Positions 1-8,483 of a DNA stretch of 64,000 nt are shown piece by piece. Numbering within the stretch: the stretch's first letter is position 1; each line of letters starts with the position of its first letter. The stretch is from an uncultured archaeon (GTDB lineage Archaea; Thermoplasmatota; Thermoplasmata; Thermoplasmatales; Thermoplasmataceae): NCBI GenBank assembly GCA_000965745.1, contig CP009479.1, positions 1,248,001 through 1,312,000 on the forward strand. Direction: 5' to 3'. Position numbers and translations under genes: made by a program. The notes under the pieces were generated by a model, which had not been told where the DNA came from, did not search any database, and saw nothing but the letters and a program-made list of their open reading frames with translations.

Positions 1-2876
1 TTTCAATCCACGCATCCCTGCGGGATGCGACGCCAGCTCCTACGGCTTCTATGTCAATGGTGTGCTGTTTCAATCCACGCATCCCTGCGGGATGCGACAC
101 GGCAATTCTCCAGAGTCAAACACGATACAGGTTTCAATCCACGCATCCCTGCGGGATGCGACCTACGAGACTTCCGGGGCATCGATTGCTGCAAAGTTTC
201 AATCCACGCATCCCTGCGGGATGCGACCCTGTCTCTGCTTGTCTGACTGGCCTCCAATTATGGTTTCAATCCACGCATCCCTGCGGGATGCGACTAAATC
301 AAATTATTGAAGGTCGATATAAAAATGTTTCAATCCACGCATCCCTGCGGGATGCGACCTGAAAGGCCTATGCGATATTTTGTATCATTCGAGTTTCAAT
401 CCACGCATCCCTGCGGGATGCGACTCACTGTATCAGTGTTTTTATCATAATCCCACAGCGTTTCAATCCACGCATCCCTGCGGGATGCGACTCACATAAT
501 CCCATTAGATATTACCTTGAGATTAGTTTCAATCCACGCATCCCTGCGGGATGCGACGTAATCAACAATATGGTTTAATGCTTGGTCAGGGTTTCAATCC
601 ACGCATCCCTGCGGGATGCGACCAAGTTTGTACATTTCTAATAGTTCATTACCAGTGTTTCAATCCACGCATCCCTGCGGGATGCGACAGCCGCCTGGAC
701 ACGGGCTTCACCCTGGAGGTGTCGTTTCAATCCACGCATCCCTGCGGGATGCGACGCCAAATTATCAGCAATTTAGTACCGGTTTTTGAGTTTCAATCCA
801 CGCATCCCTGCGGGATGCGACTTTACGATCAGTTCAAAGGCGATGATGATCTAGAAGTTTCAATCCACGCATCCCTGCGGGATGCGACCTGACGAATCAA
901 ATCAAAGAGGGAAAAGAAGGAGAGTTTCAATCCACGCATCCCTGCGGGATGCGACATTGCCCATGATATTAATCCTCTGACTGTCATCCTGTTTCAATCC
1001 ACGCATCCCTGCGGGATGCGACGACGAAGTCGATACCATGGAAGAGCAATTCCTAAGGTTTCAATCCACGCATCCCTGCGGGATGCGACAGGATCAGGAT
1101 CGCAAATGGGAAGAACGGTTTAGGGTTTCAATCCACGCATCCCTGCGGGATGCGACGACATTGTTTTTGGTTCAACCGGTAATCTTTACATTGTTTCAAT
1201 CCACGCATCCCTGCGGGATGCGACACAGCGGAGCACTGAATATTGGTGCTAGCGGACTGGTTTCAATCCACGCATCCCTGCGGGATGCGACGAATACCCG
1301 GCTACGCCTCTAAGAAATACCATGAGTTTCAATCCACGCATCCCTGCGGGATGCGACGTGTGTAGAGTGTGATGGAGGCAAAGGAAGGTTTGTTTCAATC
1401 CACGCATCCCTGCGGGATGCGACGAGCTCCTTGAGGGTGGTTCCAACGACTTCATCATGTTTCAATCCACGCATCCCTGCGGGATGCGACTAAGCTGTGT
1501 TGTCTGGCCGTCTCCCCAGTGCAGTTTCAATCCACGCATCCCTGCGGGATGCGACAGGTGAAGAAATGAAAATCAGAGGCCTCAAAGGTGTTTCAATCCA
1601 CGCATCCCTGCGGGATGCGACCCAGAGCAACAGGTCAACTGGCACCTGATGCCAGGGTTTCAATCCACGCATCCCTGCGGGATGCGACTTTACATTCTTC
1701 TCATAACTGGCAAAGCCAGGTGTTTCAATCCACGCATCCCTGCGGGATGCGACACCCGGGACTATAGAGGATTCCACCAATTATAAAAGTTTCAATCCAC
1801 GCATCCCTGCGGGATGCGACGGGCCAGCCGTTAGCCTGAGCTTCAACGCTCCGCAGTTTCAATCCACGCATCCCTGCGGGATGCGACCACAATATTATCT
1901 ATCGACAATAATGTAATTCTTGTTTCAATCCACGCATCCCTGCGGGATGCGACTTATATCCTTATTATATTTTCTTTATAATTGAGTTTCAATCCACGCA
2001 TCCCTGCGGGATGCGACGAGGTGCTGAAGGATCGCTTGCTGAATAGCCATAGGTTTCAATCCACGCATCCCTGCGGGATGCGACGAAGTTCACTCGCTTG
2101 TTGTTGAGAACTGCATACTGTTTCAATCCACGCATCCCTGCGGGATGCGACATACCGGACTTCCACTTCGCAATCAACCTAGTAAAGTTTCAATCCACGC
2201 ATCCCTGCGGGATGCGACTTTTTTCATTGTACATGTAGTACTGACACACATAGTTTCAATCCACGCATCCCTGCGGGATGCGACATTTCTGCCACGTGTA
2301 TCCCGAGCAACCGGTTAGTTTCAATCCACGCATCCCTGCGGGATGCGACGAGGTGCTGAAGGATCGCTTGGAAAATAGCCATAGTTTCAATCCACGCATC
2401 CCTGCGGGATGCGACGAATGGCGGATTTCCATTTCGTAACTAATCGAGTGTTTCAATCCACGCATCCCTGCGGGATGCGACTATTACACCTGTTCAACAA
2501 CTAATAGTGTATAAGTTTCAATCCACGCATCCCTGCGGGATGCGACTTTTTTCATTGTACATGTAGTACTGACACACATAGTTTCAATCCACGCATCCCT
2601 GCGGGATGCGACGACCTGACCTTGTGATCGAAGGTGAGAGTAACAAAGTTTCAATCCACGCATCCCTGCGGGATGCGACATTCGGAAAGACGCAGCAGAG
2701 TGCAAGATACAGGTTTCAATCCACGCATCCCTGCGGGATGCGACGTGGTATGGGAAGGAGTGTGTTCTTGACCTCATGGTTTCAATCCACGCATCCCTGC
2801 GGGATGCGACTTGACGCTATCAGCGGTATCACGAGTTCTATCAGGTTTCAATCCACGCATCCCGCAGGGATGCGAC
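1..2876 (-). CRISPR. Type I-C CRISPR array, 44 repeats (first truncated by the window edge) and 43 spacers of 32-36 nt; probably continues left of the window
   Basis: 32-bp repeat GTTTCAATCCACGCATCCCTGCGGGATGCGAC on + (GTCGCATCCCGCAGGGATGCGTGGATTGAAAC on -) with palindromic core and ATTGAAAC 3' end typical of I-C; period about 66 bp; adjacent to cas2. Confidence 0.99.
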
Positions 2877-3045
2877 TGCAAGATATGCAAAACGCATAGC
2901 GTCTAAGTTGATAAAATCATTTTCCGCGAAAGGGTGATGGAACTGATTTCGAAAAACAAAAAACCTCATGCAAGCAAGGCCTTTAGGCAGTATAGGTGAG
3001 GACCCGCGGAAACACCATAGGTGGAATGTTCGCTTGTGGTTCGCG
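2877..3045 (-). promoter_or_regulatory. CRISPR leader
   Basis: Non-coding stretch between the cas2 stop and the first repeat; repeated GCGAAC/CGCG motifs (3029-3046, 2925-2930, 3004-3010) and an A/T-rich core. Confidence 0.85.
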
Positions 3046-3351
3046 CTAAAAAATAATGGTCCCCTCTGGATCATACCCTTTCTGGGTTCCAAAGTGATCA
3101 ACTCGCTTCTTCCAGTTCTTGCCAAGGAAATAGTATCTGAGGCTGTCTTTGCCTGAGTCGACAATATTCTCAAGTCTATGGCGCAACTCAGTAAACTGGT
3201 GCGGTTCCACCAAGCACTCAAACACTGAGTTCTGAACCCTCTGCCCATAGTTAAGGCATTCTCTTGCAACGTACCTCAAGCGTTTTGCACCATCTGGATC
3301 AGATGTATTAACGTCATATGCTATAACTACCATCAATTCAGTTATCACCAC
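3046..3351 (-). CDS. cas2: CRISPR-associated endonuclease Cas2
   Basis: VIAYDV...YGQRVQNSVFEC...DSLRYYFLG motifs; follows cas1. Confidence 0.96.
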   Translation of the reverse strand: MVITELMVVIAYDVNTSDPDGAKRLRYVARECLNYGQRVQNSVFECLVEPHQFTELRHRLENIVDSGKDSLRYYFLGKNWKKRVDHFGTQKGYDPEGTIIF

Positions 3352-4383
3352 TCATTTCCACAGGAATGGAGGATAGTCGGATAAGTCACCTCTCAAATTT
3401 CTCGCTAGAAGCATGGACTGAACGTATGGGATAAGGCCTATGGGGATCTTCTCATTCAGAAATGGATGCACTATCTCCTCCCTCTTCCTATTCTGCCATG
3501 CCATTATTACTTCTTTCCTCGTGGCATCATCCATCAGAACAGTTCCATTCTCTCGCTTAATAAACCCAGAACCTACTACTTGCTTTCTATTTATAATTGT
3601 CAGTACAAGCCTGTCAGCAACATACGGTCTTAGTTCCTCCATCAAATCCAGGGCAAGACTTTCCCTGCCTGGTCTGTCAGTGTGCAAAAAACCAACTTGC
3701 GAATCCAGTCCCACGGATTCCAGAGCGGAGGAACAATCATGGGCAAGGAGTGTGTAGACAAAGGAAAGTAATGCATTCACAGGATCGGTCGGTGGGCGCC
3801 GGACTCTTCTCTGGAAATTAAACTGATCCTTCTGGTTCAGTATCATACTGTCGAAGTTGGAGAAGTAGAGGGTCGCAGCCTCTCCTTCAATGCCCCTTAC
3901 CGAATCGACTGAGTCTGAATTGTCTATTCTGGAAATCATTTCCTTTAATCTCCCGATAGCAAGCGGTAATCCATTGTCCACTGTGTTAGAATCATGCTCT
4001 CTCACCAATCTCTGTATGACCCTTCTGGAGTTGTGTATTTTTGCGGTAACGAATCGCTTTGTAAGTCTAAGCCTCTCATCATCACTATCCGCCCACCTGA
4101 ACTGCTTCCTTCTCAGGAGTACATTACCTGAAGACCTGCCCGTCACTCTCGCCTGGAAACGCCCGTTAGGTGTAAGGAAAGAGAGCCCCACTCCTCTTTC
4201 AGCGCAAAGCTGCATAGCAGAAGGGCTGGCTCCCATGTGCCCGAAACAGATTACGCTATCAAGATTGTGGACCGGGATACGGAATTTAATTTCATCCTTT
4301 ACCTTAATGAGGAGGTTTTCTCCCTGTTTTGTTAGGTATGAGTCAGGAGTTGTAATAAAAAGTGTGTTTAGAAGCCTTTTCAT
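3352..4383 (-). CDS. cas1: Type I-C Cas1
   Basis: MKRLLNTLFIT start, RGIEGEAA, RRPPTDPVNALLSFVY, GFLH, LDLMEELRP, YPPFLWK end. Confidence 0.98.
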   Translation of the reverse strand: MKRLLNTLFITTPDSYLTKQGENLLIKVKDEIKFRIPVHNLDSVICFGHMGASPSAMQLCAERGVGLSFLTPNGRFQARVTGRSSGNVLLRRKQFRWADSDDERLRLTKRFVTAKIHNSRRVIQRLVREHDSNTVDNGLPLAIGRLKEMISRIDNSDSVDSVRGIEGEAATLYFSNFDSMILNQKDQFNFQRRVRRPPTDPVNALLSFVYTLLAHDCSSALESVGLDSQVGFLHTDRPGRESLALDLMEELRPYVADRLVLTIINRKQVVGSGFIKRENGTVLMDDATRKEVIMAWQNRKREEIVHPFLNEKIPIGLIPYVQSMLLARNLRGDLSDYPPFLWK

Positions 4384-5078
4384 CCCGCACCATCATACCT
4401 GTCGGATAAATGCGACTTAAGGTAATTCTCTACGCTTCTGTCTGCTGTAGTCCACCCAGGCTGGCACACATCATAGAGAGAACAGCTGTTGCAATAGGAT
4501 TTCTTGATCGCCCGGGGAACCACTCCATTGCCAATCATCTCGTGCATCCTGCGTGAAAGCAGCTCCACCCTACTCCTGAGATTGTCATCGAAATCAACCT
4601 TCACTCTTCTCTTTATTGAATTGTAATAGAGATACCCGTTTTTTATGCTTATTTTGAGCATTTCCTCTAAACAGATGGCCTGGGCGCACAACTGTACCTC
4701 ATCAGCGTCATTGGGCTTTGGCCTGCCTCGCTTATACTCAATGGGAGAAACCCCCCACTTTCCATTCTTTCCACTTATGTGCAAAGACTCGTTGGCTGGA
4801 AGATCATCGTCTCTGGTATACTCTACGACATCGGCTATACCGCGCAGCCCTAGTCTGACCGATTCCACTGGCACACTCCGTGTTATCCTAAGATCTCCTC
4901 TGGTATCGTTCTCAAAAGGATCGTCTGCATGCTCATGCACGTGCCTTCCCTGGACAGTCAGGCTGTTCTCCGCCCATTGCCGCTCTAAATGTATGAGGGC
5001 AAATTGCCGCTCACAGAATGCAATATGCTGTATCCCTGACAGCATAAGGAAATCTTCTTCTGGGTATCCCGATGGCAT
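4380..5078 (-). CDS. cas4: Cas4 nuclease
   Basis: FCERQ, GIADVVE, PIEYKRG, QLCAQAICLEEM and C-terminal CxxCSLxxxC Fe-S motif; start taken at ATG 5078 (ORF track 5093). Confidence 0.96.
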   Translation of the reverse strand: MPSGYPEEDFLMLSGIQHIAFCERQFALIHLERQWAENSLTVQGRHVHEHADDPFENDTRGDLRITRSVPVESVRLGLRGIADVVEYTRDDDLPANESLHISGKNGKWGVSPIEYKRGRPKPNDADEVQLCAQAICLEEMLKISIKNGYLYYNSIKRRVKVDFDDNLRSRVELLSRRMHEMIGNGVVPRAIKKSYCNSCSLYDVCQPGWTTADRSVENYLKSHLSDRYDGAG

Positions 5079-5079
5079 A

Positions 5080-5982
5080 TCAGACCCTTTCAACCAGGGT
5101 TACACCGTCAGGTATTTCCTCTCTGGAAATTGACACATCATAGTCAGAGAAATTTCTGGGAATGATATCGAGGCTCTTCTTACTGATATGAACAGTGTCG
5201 AACAGTACCTGGGCGGGTGCGTTTCCAAGTTTTGACGAATGTTTGAACACGATGAGTTTTCTTGTGCTCATCATTCCTCGAGATGCAGAGCGATCGTTTT
5301 CGAACATATTCTCCAAGGCTGTCCACAGCAATTCAAGATCATCATCGTTGAACCCAGTCTGGTTTGCCAGCGGTGCAGACACAAATCCATGGGCCTTATA
5401 CAATCCATATGGAACTGTGTACTTTCTCCCCATTGTCCTGTTATCCCCATCCTGTTCCTTGGAATCCTTCTCCGTTGTTACTGCCATTCTTGTAATGCTG
5501 TGTTCAAGAGCTACAACCGGATCGACAGATCTCCCGAATGTTAGCTGCACCGGGCCTCTAACCTGTCCTGCATTAGCCCCTGTGGTCATTACAGCACCAA
5601 ATGTTCTTATGTCGAAGTAATTGGCACACAGGTATTTTTTGGCCTCTTCACGTTTTTCAGAGTTCACCTGCTTACTCTTTTCGTTTTCGTTCTTCACAGG
5701 CTTGAACTCCACTCCAAGCTTTGAGTATACCAGATCAATAGTTCTGTTAAGAACTGATTTTTCCTTTATGAATATGGCATATGGTTCTTTTCCTTCCTTT
5801 GCAACTTCCACATAGTTCCGGACTTTTCTCTTGAGGCTGACGTCAGTAACTATTCCATGGCCGGTTTCTGCATCCAGTCTCGGAAGGTTGCCTGCATCCG
5901 GGTCTCCGTTGGGATTCCCATCCTTTACATCAAACAAAATCACAAAATCATACCTGTTCTCTATATTGTCTGTCACGTTCAA
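5080..5982 (-). CDS. cas7: Type I-C Cas7 (Csd2)
   Basis: NRYDF...GNPNGDPDAGNLPR, TDVSLKRKVRN, DIRTFGAV, VRGPVQ, TMGRK. Confidence 0.97.
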   Translation of the reverse strand: MNVTDNIENRYDFVILFDVKDGNPNGDPDAGNLPRLDAETGHGIVTDVSLKRKVRNYVEVAKEGKEPYAIFIKEKSVLNRTIDLVYSKLGVEFKPVKNENEKSKQVNSEKREEAKKYLCANYFDIRTFGAVMTTGANAGQVRGPVQLTFGRSVDPVVALEHSITRMAVTTEKDSKEQDGDNRTMGRKYTVPYGLYKAHGFVSAPLANQTGFNDDDLELLWTALENMFENDRSASRGMMSTRKLIVFKHSSKLGNAPAQVLFDTVHISKKSLDIIPRNFSDYDVSISREEIPDGVTLVERV

Positions 5983-6374
5983 TCACTCCTTGTCTCTTCC
6001 TTCATTTCATGTTCGGGGGCAGCAGCATTTCCACTATAGAAGTTCTGCCTCTGGTGATAATATCCTATAGCAAACATTCCCTGCTCATGCAGATCCATGT
6101 GATTAGGGAATGAACCAATGTTGCTCAATATCTCACCAATGGTTTTTTCAAACCATATTACCATCCCTTTGGAATCAATTTTGGCAAGATGGTGGTTTTT
6201 CAGGCGCAATAATGTGGGGAAAACGCTCTCGGGGGAAGTGCAAGCAGCTCCATAGTATCTCTGTCTGATGGTTGCATTTAAATTTGGACTGGCCTTTTCC
6301 TGAATTCTCTCAAGAGTAGCAAACAATCTCCCTACATGATATCCAGTTGACTGCTGGTCTTTGTCAAGTGCCAT
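5979..6374 (-). CDS. cas11: Cas11c small subunit, internally translated from cas8c (131 aa)
   Basis: In-frame ATG at 6374 (MALDKDQ...) preceded by GAGGAG (6381-6386) at the position where I-C Cas11 starts in bacteria. Confidence 0.7.
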   Translation of the reverse strand: MALDKDQQSTGYHVGRLFATLERIQEKASPNLNATIRQRYYGAACTSPESVFPTLLRLKNHHLAKIDSKGMVIWFEKTIGEILSNIGSFPNHMDLHEQGMFAIGYYHQRQNFYSGNAAAPEHEMKEETRSD

Positions 6375-7757
6375 TTTTATCTCCTCGAATCTTCTGTCAG
6401 GATTGAACTCGTAGTATCTATTTAAATATGCCTTTATTGTTGCTGCTCGAACTCTTTTAACTCTGTAATCTGTGTCAGCACGGATTCTGTTCAGTGCGAG
6501 CTGCAGAAGCATGGACGGGTAAGCAGTGCCGCCGAGTATGGATCTCATAAGATCTCCTGCCACAGATGGTGGCAATCTATCTTTATCGTCCCTTGGTGAA
6601 ATGTATTTTAGTATGGATTGCAATGAATAGTATTCCGGATCTTTAGGTCCGCCGATTATAGCGAAGTCATCGAAATACTGCTTTATTCTTTGTGAGAACA
6701 CCGAAACTTTCCCCGGCTCCCAAAAGCGAACAGCAATTCTGGCAGCGTTAGGGGAAAGTCCCAGAACATAGAAATTGGGATCTTCGCTTTCTTTTATGTA
6801 CGCTCCTGATTTCACGGAATCAAAAAGCTCGCGAACAACACTTGCACCGGAATCAGGGTCTAACCTCTCCGGTTCCTGGAAAAATGATGCAAGATTATGT
6901 TCTAGATTGCTCTCTTTGCTCGCCCAGAATACAGTGTGGGAATCACCGACAAGCATTCTCTGATTTCCCGATTTCAATAGCATATTCAGGGCGGTTGTGT
7001 ACGCAAATTCTGTGGATCTGATTATCGGGGCATTTGCCCCCTGCTGCTTACCATAGGAGTCATAGCCCTGCCCTTTCTGAAAGCTTATGAGAACCCTGGA
7101 ATCCTTGGTTATTGGGGTACTGCCGTGTATTCTGGCAATAGGCCCCTCCTCGCCTGTTACGAGGCAGGTTACAACATCTTCGTTAGAACCATTTCCATCC
7201 ATGCTCATTTGGCGCATTATGTATTCTCTAGCAGTGGTGCTCGATGGTATAGGCACAGTTTCACTCTTCAGCCTGAATGTAATGTTGCATCCTGGGATTT
7301 TCTGGCATTCAACAAATTCTGAAGTTGATTTAACGCTGGAAACACCGTTTCTTTCGTAGAACTTCAGAATGGCTTCGATATAAGCCCCATCGCCCACTTT
7401 CCCCTTTAGCTGTCTTAATCCGGCCAACCAGGATTCATGCTGCTTCGCAGCCAGTTCTTTATCCTTCTGGCTATTATCACGCGGCTCACCTAATACATAC
7501 CCGATGTGATCCCAAAGGAAGTTTGTTTTTTCATAGCTCCTCTTTCCGGATCTTGCAACCGATCTCGGAAGAAGGAATCTCTTAGCTTTAAGGCTCTTTC
7601 CATGAGTTTCTCTGGTATCCTCCAGATTTATGAAGTTACCCCGGCGGTCAATTACGATCAGGAAAGGCAGATCCTTCCACTCAAAACCATTTAATGGAAC
7701 CTCACTTCCCTCCTCAGCTTTTCGGTCATAATACTGTTTCAACGCCTGTAATATCAT
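5979..7757 (-). CDS. cas8c: Type I-C large subunit Cas8c (Csd1)
   Basis: MILQALKQYY start, CLVTG, SYGKQQGANAP, LSPNAARIAVRFW, GRLFAxLERIQE, GYYHQ. Confidence 0.96.
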   Translation of the reverse strand: MILQALKQYYDRKAEEGSEVPLNGFEWKDLPFLIVIDRRGNFINLEDTRETHGKSLKAKRFLLPRSVARSGKRSYEKTNFLWDHIGYVLGEPRDNSQKDKELAAKQHESWLAGLRQLKGKVGDGAYIEAILKFYERNGVSSVKSTSEFVECQKIPGCNITFRLKSETVPIPSSTTAREYIMRQMSMDGNGSNEDVVTCLVTGEEGPIARIHGSTPITKDSRVLISFQKGQGYDSYGKQQGANAPIIRSTEFAYTTALNMLLKSGNQRMLVGDSHTVFWASKESNLEHNLASFFQEPERLDPDSGASVVRELFDSVKSGAYIKESEDPNFYVLGLSPNAARIAVRFWEPGKVSVFSQRIKQYFDDFAIIGGPKDPEYYSLQSILKYISPRDDKDRLPPSVAGDLMRSILGGTAYPSMLLQLALNRIRADTDYRVKRVRAATIKAYLNRYYEFNPDRRFEEIKMALDKDQQSTGYHVGRLFATLERIQEKASPNLNATIRQRYYGAACTSPESVFPTLLRLKNHHLAKIDSKGMVIWFEKTIGEILSNIGSFPNHMDLHEQGMFAIGYYHQRQNFYSGNAAAPEHEMKEETRSD

Positions 7758-8473
7758 CCTATGACCTGCACTCCCCGTCTATCGGTATTTATAATTCCCT
7801 TCTCCATGACCGCCCTGAAGAATAGGGGAGGAGGAGATTCCCGATTCTGCTCAAAATTCATGTCGTAAAGCATGAAACCCAGATCCCTGTACTCATTTAT
7901 GGGTGTAGAAGGATCAACTTCCGGATCTACAAGCCTGAAATAACATGAAAATTCGCGTGTGCCCAGGTAAGGCCTGTGGAAGCACTGCCCTTTACTTGCT
8001 CGCCTTTCAAACATGGCAGCATACTTCTCCTCACTTTCATCGTTTCTCACTGAAGACTCGTCTGATTTTGCCTCTGCAGTTTCTGTTGATTTCGTTTGGC
8101 CTTCTTCAGGGAGAAAGTCAAAATATCCATGTATACGGTATTTCACATCCTTAAGGCAGAGGGATGCACGCTGCTGGCGTGCCTCTTCTATATATATACC
8201 ATCAGGAATACCAACCTCGCCACGTATCTGTCTGGCAGTGGGAGGCGAAATAGTCTTTCCAACTTCGTTTCTCCTGATCGATACAAATTTTATTGGGTTC
8301 AGTACTTCTATCTTCGTTATATTCCATTTAATTGAGGGTTTCCATAGGACAGCTTCAAATATTGCTCTTGCCGCTGATGGAGTGATCACATCATAGCTCA
8401 CCCTCTCTACCTTCATCTCAGGTCTTGTGAAACAGGCGTAATCCCCCCAAATCTCAAGACACCAGTCTTTCAT
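7754..8473 (-). CDS. cas5: Type I-C Cas5 (Cas5d, crRNA-processing)
   Basis: GDYACFTRPEMKVERVSYDVITPSAARAIFEA, IRRNEV, GQCFHRPYLGTREF; no cas6 present, as expected for I-C. Confidence 0.97.
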   Translation of the reverse strand: MKDWCLEIWGDYACFTRPEMKVERVSYDVITPSAARAIFEAVLWKPSIKWNITKIEVLNPIKFVSIRRNEVGKTISPPTARQIRGEVGIPDGIYIEEARQQRASLCLKDVKYRIHGYFDFLPEEGQTKSTETAEAKSDESSVRNDESEEKYAAMFERRASKGQCFHRPYLGTREFSCYFRLVDPEVDPSTPINEYRDLGFMLYDMNFEQNRESPPPLFFRAVMEKGIINTDRRGVQVIG

Positions 8474-8483
8474 CGTTCAGCTC

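Noticed and set aside
2018-2383. Diversity-generating retroelement as the source of the spacer variant
   Set aside because: The differences include a G/C change and no template is visible; an ordinary allelic difference suffices.
99-2712. Second spacer and the spacer ending at 2712 share CAGAGT and a GATACAG end
   Set aside because: The motifs are not collinear without gaps; compatible with chance.
1-2876. Self-targeting spacers or spacers against the integrated element
   Set aside because: No match noticed by eye; an exhaustive alignment is needed, so nothing is claimed.
25-2899. Many short ORFs with repeated FQSTHPCGMR or SHPAGMRGLK peptides
   Set aside because: They are translations of the CRISPR repeat.
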